Of a stretch of 64,000 nucleotides of DNA, positions 37,754 to 46,860 are shown one piece after another (the first letter of the stretch is position 1; the number at the start of each line of letters is the position of its first letter). This DNA is from Bacteroidales bacterium (GTDB lineage Bacteria; Bacteroidota; Bacteroidia; Bacteroidales; P3). Location: positions 7,670 to 71,669 of the forward strand of contig JAIRNR010000003.1 of NCBI GenBank assembly GCA_031257915.1. The letters are read 5' to 3'. The notes below the pieces were generated by a model that saw only the letters and a list, made by a program, of their open reading frames with translations, did no database searches and was not told the origin of the DNA. Position numbers and translations under genes: made by a program.

Positions 37754-37783
37754 GGTTGACCCTGAGGGCAAACGCATTTAAAA
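37754..37783. repeat. back-to-back repeat arms GGTTGACCCT-G-AGGGCAAACGCATTTAAAA
   Basis: A right-arm core is joined to a left arm with a single-nt spacer. It ends 1 nt before the vapC stop codon. Confidence 0.65.
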
Positions 37784-37784
37784 T

Positions 37785-38180
37785 TTACAGTAATTGCAGT
37801 CCGCTTATTCTCTTAAAATGATTTTTATTGAAAGTGACTATCGGTAAGTTACTATAGACAGCAGTAGTGGCAATAAATAAATCATTTAGTTCTATTATTT
37901 GGTTTGCTCTTTTCAGATTTTGATATATGTTTGCTGATAAGATTGCTATTTCAGAATTAAAAGGGATTTGTTTTATTATATTAAATAATGTGTCCCAAAA
38001 TTCTGTTTCCTGTTCATTTTTTATTCCATTAAATATTTCAAAAACGGTAATTGTAGAAATGGCAAGATTGTAATTGTCAATTAATTCTGTTAGCAAAGCT
38101 TTATCTTTATTTGACTTGCGGTAATAATCAATAAAGATGGAAGTATCTACGAGTATATCTTTGCTGTCCATCTTTTCCAC
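37785..38180 (-). CDS. vapC: PIN-domain toxin VapC
   Basis: ILVDTSIFIDY (Asp1), VFEIFNG (Glu), LNDLFIATTA (Asp), and a TFN tail. 131 aa. Confidence 0.85.
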   Translation of the reverse strand: MEKMDSKDILVDTSIFIDYYRKSNKDKALLTELIDNYNLAISTITVFEIFNGIKNEQETEFWDTLFNIIKQIPFNSEIAILSANIYQNLKRANQIIELNDLFIATTAVYSNLPIVTFNKNHFKRISGLQLL

Positions 38181-38419
38181 GCTTTTTGATTTTCTAAATA
38201 ATTAGCATATTGTTCATCAGACATAGTCGGACCTGATAATAACAATTCTTTTAATTTTATTTTTTTATTATCGGCACTTTTTTTATGCGCATAATTGTTC
38301 TGTATAAGACATTGTATATCTGCCAATATCCGTTGCTTATCAGTAATGGGCATATTGACAATAGCGTGCATTATTTGGTCGTAATTTAACGACGGTTGAT
38401 ATGGCGTTGTTGTTTTCAT
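38147..38419 (-). CDS. putative VapB-type antitoxin
   Basis: 90-aa ORF overlapping the vapC start. A TACCTTTG box lies upstream on the minus strand (about 38433-38440). Confidence 0.55.
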   Translation of the reverse strand: MKTTTPYQPSLNYDQIMHAIVNMPITDKQRILADIQCLIQNNYAHKKSADNKKIKLKELLLSGPTMSDEQYANYLENQKAWKRWTAKIYS

Positions 38420-38629
38420 ATTTAATAACTCTCAACAAAGGTACAAAAAATTGATACTACCTTAAAATACTAAAATAATGGTCTGAAAAGGGGTACCCTA
38501 TAGGCATTTTGGTATTATTTTTGTACTTTTGCTTGATATGAAACGAACATATAAAAAGCCTGACATCCAATCAAATGATTGTTCGACAGACCTGAATTTG
38601 GCTTTGGGTGCGGCTCTAATTATAACTAT

Positions 38630-39571
38630 ATGAAGAAAATACTCGTAACAGGAGGGGCAGGATTTATAGGCTCGCATTTGGTAGAGCGGTTGCTTAATGA
38701 AAGTAATGATGTTGTTTGTCTTGATAATTATTTTACAGGACAAAAGCAAAATATCATTCACCTGCTGAGTAATCCGCATCTTGAAGTTGTGCGTCACGAT
38801 GTAACAATGCCTTACCACGCAGAAGTGGATGAAATCTATAACTTGGCTTGTCCCGCGTCGCCGATACATTATCAGTATAATCCGATTAAGACAATAAAAA
38901 CATCTGTTATGGGTGCGATAAATATGCTTGGACTCGCCAAGCGTATAAATGCAAAAATTTTGCAGGCATCCACCTCTGAGGTTTACGGCGACCCGCACGA
39001 ACATCCGCAAAAAGAAACGTATTGGGGAAATGTAAACCCTGTTGGTGTTCGGTCCTGTTACGACGAAGGCAAACGCTGCGCCGAAACGCTTTTTATGGAT
39101 TATCATCGTCAGAATAAAGTACGCACAAAAATCATTCGCATCTTCAACACATACGGTCCCCGAATGTTTATGAACGATGGGCGTGTTGTTTCAAATTTTA
39201 TTGTTCAGGCATTGAAAGGTGAGGATATTACGATTTATGGAAACGGATTGCAAACGCGCTCTTTTCAATATGTTGATGATTTGGTAGAGGGGATTATTAG
39301 GGTAATGGCGACAGGAGATGAATTTATCGGACCTGTTAATCTTGGCAATCCTAATGAGTTTACGATTAAAGAACTTGCGGAGAAAGTTATTGCGATGACA
39401 GGTACAAAATCACAAATTGTTTACAAGCCGCTTCCGCAGGACGACCCAATACAGCGCAAACCCGATATTGCCTTTGCTAACAATGCTCTTGACGGTTGGA
39501 AGCCGGTTGTGCAGTTAGAGGAAGGACTTACTGAAACGATTGATTATTTTCGCGGGATTATGGGCTTATGA
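38630..39571 (+). CDS. UDP-glucuronate decarboxylase (UDP-xylose synthase)
   Basis: [32 protein letters not shown] (YxxxK) and [10 protein letters not shown] are the UXS-type SDR signature. A TACTTTTG box lies upstream. Confidence 0.9.
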   Translation: MKKILVTGGAGFIGSHLVERLLNESNDVVCLDNYFTGQKQNIIHLLSNPHLEVVRHDVTMPYHAEVDEIYNLACPASPIHYQYNPIKTIKTSVMGAINMLGLAKRINAKILQASTSEVYGDPHEHPQKETYWGNVNPVGVRSCYDEGKRCAETLFMDYHRQNKVRTKIIRIFNTYGPRMFMNDGRVVSNFIVQALKGEDITIYGNGLQTRSFQYVDDLVEGIIRVMATGDEFIGPVNLGNPNEFTIKELAEKVIAMTGTKSQIVYKPLPQDDPIQRKPDIAFANNALDGWKPVVQLEEGLTETIDYFRGIMGL

Positions 39572-39579
39572 GGGAGGAT

Positions 39580-39728
39580 TGCGGGTCAAGCCCGCGATGA
39601 CGACGCTAAGCCCGCAATGACGGGATGTTAAGCCCGCGATGACGGCGTCAAGCCCGCGATGACGGCGTTAAGCCCGCGATGACGGCGTCAAGCCCGCAAT
39701 GGCAGGATGTCAAACCCGCAATAACGAC
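39580..39728 (+). repeat. GC-rich intergenic tandem repeat, 7 units of 20-22 bp (AAGCCCGCRATGRCGGSRTY)
   Basis: The units begin at about 39587, 39607, 39629, 39649, 39669, 39689 and 39711. The first is preceded by the inverted GCGGGTC, forming the hairpin GCGGG-tcaa-(g)CCCGC. Confidence 0.9.
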
Positions 39729-39760
39729 CATTGGGCGCAAAATTTATAAACGGATAAAAA

Positions 39761-40645
39761 ATGAATGTTTTAATAACAGGAAGTAAAGGGCAGTTGGGGA
39801 ATGAACTGCGGGTAATCACTGAAAAAAAAGTACAGGATAAATTCTTTTTTGAAGATATTGATACGCTTGATATTACTTCGGACAGTGCGGTGGATAATTA
39901 TTTTGCAGAACATAATATCGGTGCTGTTATCAACGGTGCCGCATATACTGCTGTGGATAAAGCCGAAAGTGATACTGTAAATGCGTACAAAGTGAATGAA
40001 TCGGGTGTGAGAGTGCTTTCAAAGACATGTTGTAAGTACAATGCTTTTATGCTGCATATTTCTACCGATTATGTTTTTGACGGTAATGCCGCAACACCTT
40101 ATACCGAAAGCGCGGCAACAAATCCGCAAAGTGTTTACGGTATGTCCAAACTTGCGGGTGAGAGAGCAATGATTGAAAGCGGTGTTAATGGTGCGATTGT
40201 ACGTACTTCATGGCTTTATTCTTCGTTTGGAAATAATTTTGTAAAAACGATGTTACGGTTAGCAAAGAATTGTGAAGTTAGCACTGACAGTGCAGCGATA
40301 AAAGTTGTTAATGACCAGACAGGCTCGCCTACTTATGCAGCTGATTTGGCTGATGTGTTGCTTCGGCTTTTGGCACAGCAATATGTGCAAAAGTGTAATG
40401 TGCAAAACGGTGTGGAAATCTATCATTATGCAAATAGCGGATATTGCAGTTGGGCTGAATTTGCTGCTGAAATAATGCGGTTAAGCCGTTCGCTATGCAG
40501 GGTGCTGCCCATAACTACTGCGGAATATCCGACTCTCGCTGCTCGTCCGAAATACAGTGTTCTCGACACATCTAAAATTAAAACAGCACTCGGCGTAGAA
40601 ATTCCTGTATGGCAAAACGCATTAGAGCGTATGCTCGGCAGATAA
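39761..40645 (+). CDS. rfbD: dTDP-4-dehydrorhamnose reductase
   Basis: MNVLITGSKGQLG, STDYVFDG, YGMSKLAGE (YxxxK), RTSWLYS. Confidence 0.92.
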   Translation: MNVLITGSKGQLGNELRVITEKKVQDKFFFEDIDTLDITSDSAVDNYFAEHNIGAVINGAAYTAVDKAESDTVNAYKVNESGVRVLSKTCCKYNAFMLHISTDYVFDGNAATPYTESAATNPQSVYGMSKLAGERAMIESGVNGAIVRTSWLYSSFGNNFVKTMLRLAKNCEVSTDSAAIKVVNDQTGSPTYAADLADVLLRLLAQQYVQKCNVQNGVEIYHYANSGYCSWAEFAAEIMRLSRSLCRVLPITTAEYPTLAARPKYSVLDTSKIKTALGVEIPVWQNALERMLGR

Positions 40646-41698
40646 AATTTGTTGATGCAGGCAAGTTAGAATATTATCGCGTTTTTCGTCCCAAAGGTGC
40701 ATTGCGCCTCCTTTGCAGTATTTATAATCTTTACAATTCAGACAACTGCCGGTACGTGTCCATTTGCGGTTCCGCATTATCTCAAACCGCTCATTCCACA
40801 CATCTGTAAAATTATCCCTGTAGATATTGCCTTGCACAAAAGCCCTGTCTATGTTCGGACAGGCAGATATGGAGCCATCTATAAGCACAGAGCCGATATT
40901 TATACCTGCACGGCAGAAGAAGCAATTATCGCGCACATTTCTTTCGTACTTTCCGACAAAACTTTCGCAGCTGAAAGTAGTACGCATCCGCTTATCTTTT
41001 CGTGCTTCATAAATAAAATTCATAAGATAGAGCACTTGTTCATTTGAAAGTTGCATATCATCATTTCCGAAAGCCCTGCCTATAGGTGCAATAGTAAAAA
41101 GCCGCCACTGCCTTACTTTATGTTCAAGTAAAAATTCTTTTAATGGTAAAAGTTCTTTAATATTTTTCTTATTTACACAAGTTACAACATCGTAATTTAA
41201 GCGGCCGCACGAAGCAATTAAATCAAGTGCCGTTACCGCATTTGCAAAACTTCGAGCATTATTACGAAGCCAGTTATGATTATCCGCAAGACCGTCCAAA
41301 CTTAATGTTACAGCCCCTATTCCGGCTGAAAGTAGCCGCCGGTGAATATCGGCATTATAGACATAACCGTTGGTAACAATCCCCCAGAGAAAACCGTTTT
41401 TACGCAATTCCGTTCCACATTCGGGCAAATCTTTTCTTAACAGCGGTTCGCCGCCTGTAATGGCTATAGTAATGGTGTCAGGCTTGCTGATTTTTTTCAG
41501 TGGTAAAATGGCGTTCAGAAAATCTTCAAAAGGCATATCTTTCACTTTGTAATCGGCAGCACAGTCAGATCCGCAGTGACGGCAATTTAAATTACATCTG
41601 CGGGTACATTCCCAAAATAGATAATTAAGTTCGTGAATTGCCCGTTCGTTGTTTACAAAAAAATTATTAAAACGAAGTGCTATCCTGTTCGATTTCAT
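40622..41698 (-). CDS. radical SAM enzyme with a C-terminal SPASM/twitch-like auxiliary-cluster domain
   Basis: CNLNCRHC (CxxxCxxC). A GGEPLL glycine-rich SAM motif. C-terminal CRAGINIGSVLIDGSISAC and CLNCKDYKYCKGGA (CX2CX5C; the usual 4th Cys position reads Ala). Confidence 0.85.
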   Translation of the reverse strand: MKSNRIALRFNNFFVNNERAIHELNYLFWECTRRCNLNCRHCGSDCAADYKVKDMPFEDFLNAILPLKKISKPDTITIAITGGEPLLRKDLPECGTELRKNGFLWGIVTNGYVYNADIHRRLLSAGIGAVTLSLDGLADNHNWLRNNARSFANAVTALDLIASCGRLNYDVVTCVNKKNIKELLPLKEFLLEHKVRQWRLFTIAPIGRAFGNDDMQLSNEQVLYLMNFIYEARKDKRMRTTFSCESFVGKYERNVRDNCFFCRAGINIGSVLIDGSISACPNIDRAFVQGNIYRDNFTDVWNERFEIMRNRKWTRTGSCLNCKDYKYCKGGAMHLWDEKRDNILTCLHQQILSAEHTL

Positions 41699-42134
41699 TT
41701 AGAACCACGTTAATATATACCTCGTCAGCCTCTTCAATTTCAACTGTTTTGTTCTCGTATAAACCGTTTTCCGTGCTGTCTATATCATCAAAGAAAACAG
41801 TCTCGCTCCATCCCCGTCCTTCAATTGATGTATTAAAAGAAAAATATCCGTGATTATCGGTAACTGTGCAACTGTCCGAATAACGGTTATAAGAAGTATC
41901 TCTTTGATAATAATATCCAAACGATACTTTTATCCCTTCTATGCCCCGATTATTTTTATTAGAAACAACTCTGCCTTCAACCAAAGCATTAGGAAAAGCG
42001 GCAGGCACTCCATAGCATGCCTGAAATATAAACATTGCAGTAGTTAAACTGAATCCTTTAAGCACATTGCTTATAATCTTTCTACATTTTTGTTTCACAC
42101 CGCTAATATACGAATTATTTTCGCAAAGCCTCAC
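41667..42134 (-). CDS. putative lipoprotein with a carboxypeptidase-regulatory-like beta-sandwich, partner of the radical SAM enzyme
   Basis: Lipobox FIFQAC. EGRVVSN..GIEGIKVS...TVTDNHGYFSF is CarboxypepD_reg-like. The real start may be the GTG at about 42098. Its 3' end overlaps the rSAM start by 32 nt. Confidence 0.6.
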   Translation of the reverse strand: MRLCENNSYISGVKQKCRKIISNVLKGFSLTTAMFIFQACYGVPAAFPNALVEGRVVSNKNNRGIEGIKVSFGYYYQRDTSYNRYSDSCTVTDNHGYFSFNTSIEGRGWSETVFFDDIDSTENGLYENKTVEIEEADEVYINVVLNEIEQDSTSF

Positions 42135-43404
42135 TCATAGAAATTCTTTTTCCGTTTTTAAATGCAACAACAAATGCATCACGAAACCCCTTTGCCTGAA
42201 TTTCCTGTAATAAATTCTTTGCTTGCGAAAGGTCTGTTTCCTCGCCGCTGCAATACTTGTAAACACCGTTTTCCTGATACTTGCTTATATTTTGCAGCAC
42301 ATTAAATTCGGGCGAGTTAAGCGGTTTATTTATAGATGACGAAGCGAATTGCACTTTGAAAATAATTGTTTCTGCGGCAGGTGTGGTTGCGGGCGCATTT
42401 GTAGTTTGGGCAGCAGGTGGGATTGTAGTTTGGGTCGCAGGTGGGGTTGCGGGTGCATTTGTAGTTTGGGCAGCAGGTGGGATTGTAGTTTGGGTCGCAG
42501 GTGGAGTTGTTGTCTGGGTCGCAGATGGAGTTGTGGTCTGGGTTGCAGGCGCAATTGTGGTCTGGGTAGCAGATGGGGTAGCAGATGAAATAGCAGAACT
42601 AACCCCCGCTTGATTTCCGAATCCTTCAACTTGATATTTATACTCCCTGAAAGCATTTAAAAGCGAAATTGCAATTTTGTCCTGTCCGTCGGCAGAACTT
42701 AAAAATTCTTCCTCTTCAGGATTGCTGATAAATCCGATTTCAGTAAGGACAGATGGCATCGTACACCCCCAAAGAACGACAAATCCTGCTTGAAAAACAC
42801 CGCGATTCGGCGTATTTAACAGAGTGCCGTACTGTTTTTGAATTTTTTGTGCAAAACTTAGACTTTGGTCTAAGTAGGCATTTTGGTACATTGAAAAAAT
42901 TATATAGGCATCGGGCGAATTGGGGTCGAAACCATTATAATTTTTTTCATAGTTTTGTTCTTCAAGAATAGCGGCATTTTCTTTTCGCGCGACATTTAAA
43001 TTCAAATCACTTTTGTGAAGCCCCATAACCCATGTTTCAACTCCACGCGTAGCAGTATTGTTTTCTACGGCATTGCAATGAATGGAAATAAATAAGTCGG
43101 CATTATTTCTGTTTGCAATTTTACTGCGTTCGCGCAGTTCTATATCCCTGTCATCCTTACGAGTATAAATAACCCGCACGTCTGAAAAGTTCTGCTGCAC
43201 GAGTGTACCGAATTTTAACGCAACTGCAAGCGCAATATCTTTTTCTTTACTCTTTTTTCCGACCGTACCCGGTTTATCACCTCCATGTCCTGCGTCAATT
43301 ACAAGCGTCTTAACGCTTTTCGTATTTTGAGAAAATCCGCATAAAGGCAATAATGCGAAAAAAATCAATCGAATAAAATATGTTTTCTTGAAAAAAAATT
43401 CCAT
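42115..43404 (-). CDS. N-acetylmuramoyl-L-alanine amidase (Amidase_3) with a Thr/Pro/Ala-rich linker and a C-terminal SPOR domain
   Basis: VIDAGHGGDKPGT, SIHCNA, ETWV. The C-terminal FKVQFASS...AKGFRDAFVVAFKNGKRI is SPOR-like. Confidence 0.9.
   Translation of the reverse strand: MEFFFKKTYFIRLIFFALLPLCGFSQNTKSVKTLVIDAGHGGDKPGTVGKKSKEKDIALAVALKFGTLVQQNFSDVRVIYTRKDDRDIELRERSKIANRNNADLFISIHCNAVENNTATRGVETWVMGLHKSDLNLNVARKENAAILEEQNYEKNYNGFDPNSPDAYIIFSMYQNAYLDQSLSFAQKIQKQYGTLLNTPNRGVFQAGFVVLWGCTMPSVLTEIGFISNPEEEEFLSSADGQDKIAISLLNAFREYKYQVEGFGNQAGVSSAISSATPSATQTTIAPATQTTTPSATQTTTPPATQTTIPPAAQTTNAPATPPATQTTIPPAAQTTNAPATTPAAETIIFKVQFASSSINKPLNSPEFNVLQNISKYQENGVYKYCSGEETDLSQAKNLLQEIQAKGFRDAFVVAFKNGKRISMSEALRK
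42375..42590 (-). repeat. in-frame tandem repeats encoding (P/A)PATQTT(I/T) units, including a ~60-bp perfect-looking duplication
   Basis: GCATTTGTAGTTTGGGCAGCAGGTGGGATTGTAGTTTGGGTCGCAGGTGG occurs twice in tandem (about 42395-42510). Confidence 0.85.
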
Positions 43405-43859
43405 ATATATACCAGTATCGTTGTTATAATTTTAGAATTCATATAGTATATGCCTAAGTAATCTGTGAAAATCCACATAAACAGACTGTTTAGTGCAAGT
43501 CCGATTGCGCCTATAATGCAAAAGATAATAAATTCTTTTTGCCGGCTGTAATTACCGTGCGAAGTAAAAATCCAGGTAATACTTAAAATGTAATTAAGTA
43601 CGGTACCTGTAAAAAATGCAGCTGTATTCGCTAAAAGGTAATGTATATCTGCGAGCTGTACAAGCAGGTAGAGTATAAGCATATCCGACAGTACGCACAC
43701 TCCGCCGACTAACATACCTCTTAAAAATTGAACAACGGTAAGATTTGTTCTGCGTACGATAAATATATCGTGAAACAGATCTTTTGTACTGCGCAATCGC
43801 AAACGTTCGTTCTCTTTACGGATAAAAAAGAAGTTACGGTATTCTTCAAATATACTCAT
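43365..43859 (-). CDS. GtrA-family membrane protein
   Basis: LVGGVCVLSDMLILYLLV...ANTAAFFTGTVLNYILSITWIFT is the GtrA pattern, with 4 TM segments. The ATG shares 1 nt with the dxs TAA (TAATG). Confidence 0.75.
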   Translation of the reverse strand: MSIFEEYRNFFFIRKENERLRLRSTKDLFHDIFIVRRTNLTVVQFLRGMLVGGVCVLSDMLILYLLVQLADIHYLLANTAAFFTGTVLNYILSITWIFTSHGNYSRQKEFIIFCIIGAIGLALNSLFMWIFTDYLGIYYMNSKIITTILVYIWNFFSRKHILFD

Positions 43860-45712
43860 TACAGCAAAGTTAAAATTTTTTCTGTTGTCAAGCCGCATTC
43901 TTTATATAATTCGCTAACCGCACCGTGTGTAATAAATCTGTCCGGAATACCGAGCGGAATAATATCTCCCTTATATTTCTGCAATGCTGCAAATTCGGAA
44001 ACAGCGGAAAAAAGACCACCTTTAAGCGTACCGTCTTCAATTGTTATAATACGTTTATGTTCGCCGAATATTTTATCAAGCAATACTTCGTCAAGAGGCT
44101 TCAGATAAGGCATATTATAAAGGGATATATGCTTACCCTTTGCAGCCTGCAATGCCATATTACCGATATGACCGATAGAAATAACCGCCGTATCGGTGTT
44201 TTTGCCGCCGTCATACACTTTAAAACCTTTGCCGACAGGTAATATTTCAAACGGTGTTTTCCAGTCGGTCATTACACCGCGGCCGCGCGGATAACGAATT
44301 GCAAACGGACCATCTTCATACAGGGAAGCAGTGTACATCAAATTACGCAGTTCCTGTTCATTCATTGGCGAAGCCACAACCATATTCGGTATCATACGCA
44401 TATACGCCAAATCAAATGTACCGTGATGTGTCGCGCCATCCTCGCCGACAAGTCCTGCCCTGTCAATACAAAATACAACAGGCAGTTTTTGAATTGCAAC
44501 GTCATGTATAATCTGATCAAAAGAACGCTGCAAAAATGATGAATAGATATTACAGAACGGCTTCATTCCCTCTACTGCAAGCCCTGCCGAAAATGTTACC
44601 GCATGACTTTCGGCAATACCAACGTCAAACACTCTTTCGGGAAATTCTTTCATCATCAGATTAAGTGAACATCCTGTCGGCATTGCAGGTGTTATGCCGA
44701 CAATATTTTTATTTTGTTCGGCAAGTTCAATAATTGTTTCACCGAAAACATCCTGATAGCGCGGTGTACCTGTATCACCTTTGTCCGAAAGCCTCTCGCC
44801 TGTTTCTCTGTCAAACTTTCCCGGTGCGTGATATGCAACGGGATTTGCCTCTGCATTTGGTAATCCCCTGCCTTTTGTGGTTATTATATGCAGCAGTTTC
44901 GGACCTTTTATTTGTGAAAGAGATTGTAAAACATCAACAAGATTTTCTACATTATGTCCGTCTATCGGTCCGAAATATCTGAAATTTAATGTTTCAAAAA
45001 GTTCACCTTTACGAAAGAAAAACGACTTTGTAGTGCGGCTGACTTTACTGAGAAAATCACGAAATACGGTGTTTTTTTCGGTTTTACCGCTTGTGATATT
45101 CCATACGCGGTTTTTAAAATAATTGTAGCGTGATGAGGCAGATATTTTTGTGAAATATTGATTAAGTGCGCCTGTTCCCTCGTCAATGGAAATGCCGTTG
45201 TCGTTAAGAATAACGAGCAGGTCGGCATTTGCCGCCCCTGCATTATTAAGTCCCTCAAACGCAAGTCCGCCTGTCATGGAACCGTCGCCGATTACCGCAA
45301 TATGTTTGCGGTCTGTTTCACCGCGCAGTGCGGATGCTATTGCCATACCAAGCGCGGCAGAGATGGAAATTGAAGCGTGTCCGCCGCCGAAAGCATCGTA
45401 CTCGCTTTCCGCCATAACAGGAAAGCCGCTTATACCGCCGTAAGTGCGGTGTGTTTTGAACGCTTCCGAACGTTCTGTTAGAATTTTATGCGCGTATGCC
45501 TGATGTCCTACATCCCAAATCAGTTTGTCGTAGGGAGTATTAAAAACGTAATGCAGTGCAACGGTGAGTTCCACAACTCCGAGCGAAGCCCCCAAATGTC
45601 CGGGGTGTTCCGCTACCTGATTGATAATATACTGTCTTACGCTATCGCAAACATTTTGCAATTCTTCAACAGGCAGTTTCCTTAGATCTTTTGGGGATGA
45701 TATAATACTCAT
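43859..45712 (-). CDS. dxs: 1-deoxy-D-xylulose-5-phosphate synthase
   Basis: GHLGASLGVVELTVALHYVF, the GDGSMTGGLAFEGLNNAG TPP motif, and transketolase-like C-terminal domains. Confidence 0.96.
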   Translation of the reverse strand: MSIISSPKDLRKLPVEELQNVCDSVRQYIINQVAEHPGHLGASLGVVELTVALHYVFNTPYDKLIWDVGHQAYAHKILTERSEAFKTHRTYGGISGFPVMAESEYDAFGGGHASISISAALGMAIASALRGETDRKHIAVIGDGSMTGGLAFEGLNNAGAANADLLVILNDNGISIDEGTGALNQYFTKISASSRYNYFKNRVWNITSGKTEKNTVFRDFLSKVSRTTKSFFFRKGELFETLNFRYFGPIDGHNVENLVDVLQSLSQIKGPKLLHIITTKGRGLPNAEANPVAYHAPGKFDRETGERLSDKGDTGTPRYQDVFGETIIELAEQNKNIVGITPAMPTGCSLNLMMKEFPERVFDVGIAESHAVTFSAGLAVEGMKPFCNIYSSFLQRSFDQIIHDVAIQKLPVVFCIDRAGLVGEDGATHHGTFDLAYMRMIPNMVVASPMNEQELRNLMYTASLYEDGPFAIRYPRGRGVMTDWKTPFEILPVGKGFKVYDGGKNTDTAVISIGHIGNMALQAAKGKHISLYNMPYLKPLDEVLLDKIFGEHKRIITIEDGTLKGGLFSAVSEFAALQKYKGDIIPLGIPDRFITHGAVSELYKECGLTTEKILTLL

Positions 45713-45713
45713 T

Positions 45714-45749
45714 GTAAAAAAACGGCAGGGTATATAACTACACCCTGCC
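45714..45749 (-). terminator. rho-independent terminator after gap
   Basis: The minus strand reads CGGCAGGGTGTAGTTATATACCCTGCCG followed by a T run (T6; the next three bases are ACA). Confidence 0.7.
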
Positions 45750-45772
45750 GATTATGAAGAAACAATCAAAAT

Positions 45773-46798
<1,026 letters not shown>

Positions 46799-46860
46799 TT
46801 AGTTATAACCTGTCAAAGAGGTGTGCAAAGATACGAATATCTTTGTAAATTTGCACATAT

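Noticed and set aside
37224-37783. Integron attC sites / gene-cassette array (the arms contain GGCTAAC...GTTGACC, resembling RYYYAAC...GTTRRRY, and small TA and HTH genes lie between them)
   Set aside because: There is no integron integrase or attI in the window. The core sites do not satisfy the RYYYAAC/GTTRRRY purine/pyrimidine pattern. The 50331-50463 copy has perfectly complementary arms with no extrahelical bases. Two copies have flanking direct duplications (9 and 11 bp), which cassettes do not generate. The sites are scattered over 45 kb in both orientations rather than forming a co-oriented array. I keep it only as a minor alternative to the MITE interpretation.
39580-39728. Possible CRISPR array
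   Set aside because: The units are directly adjacent with no unique spacers. The 20-22 bp period is shorter than a CRISPR repeat-plus-spacer unit, and no cas genes lie nearby. I treat it as a simple tandem repeat.
42281-42656. Three overlapping ORFs (AGGIVVWVAGG..., GRRWGCG..., PRPQLRLQ...) over the amidase linker
   Set aside because: They are frame artefacts of the Thr/Pro/Ala repeat DNA within a well-supported amidase gene.
43801-43810. AAACGTTCGT matches the ARACGTWCGT inverted-repeat consensus of Bacteroides invertible promoters
   Set aside because: It is a single occurrence inside the gtrA coding region, and I found no inverted partner within several hundred bp. A degenerate 10-mer is expected by chance about once in a window of this size.
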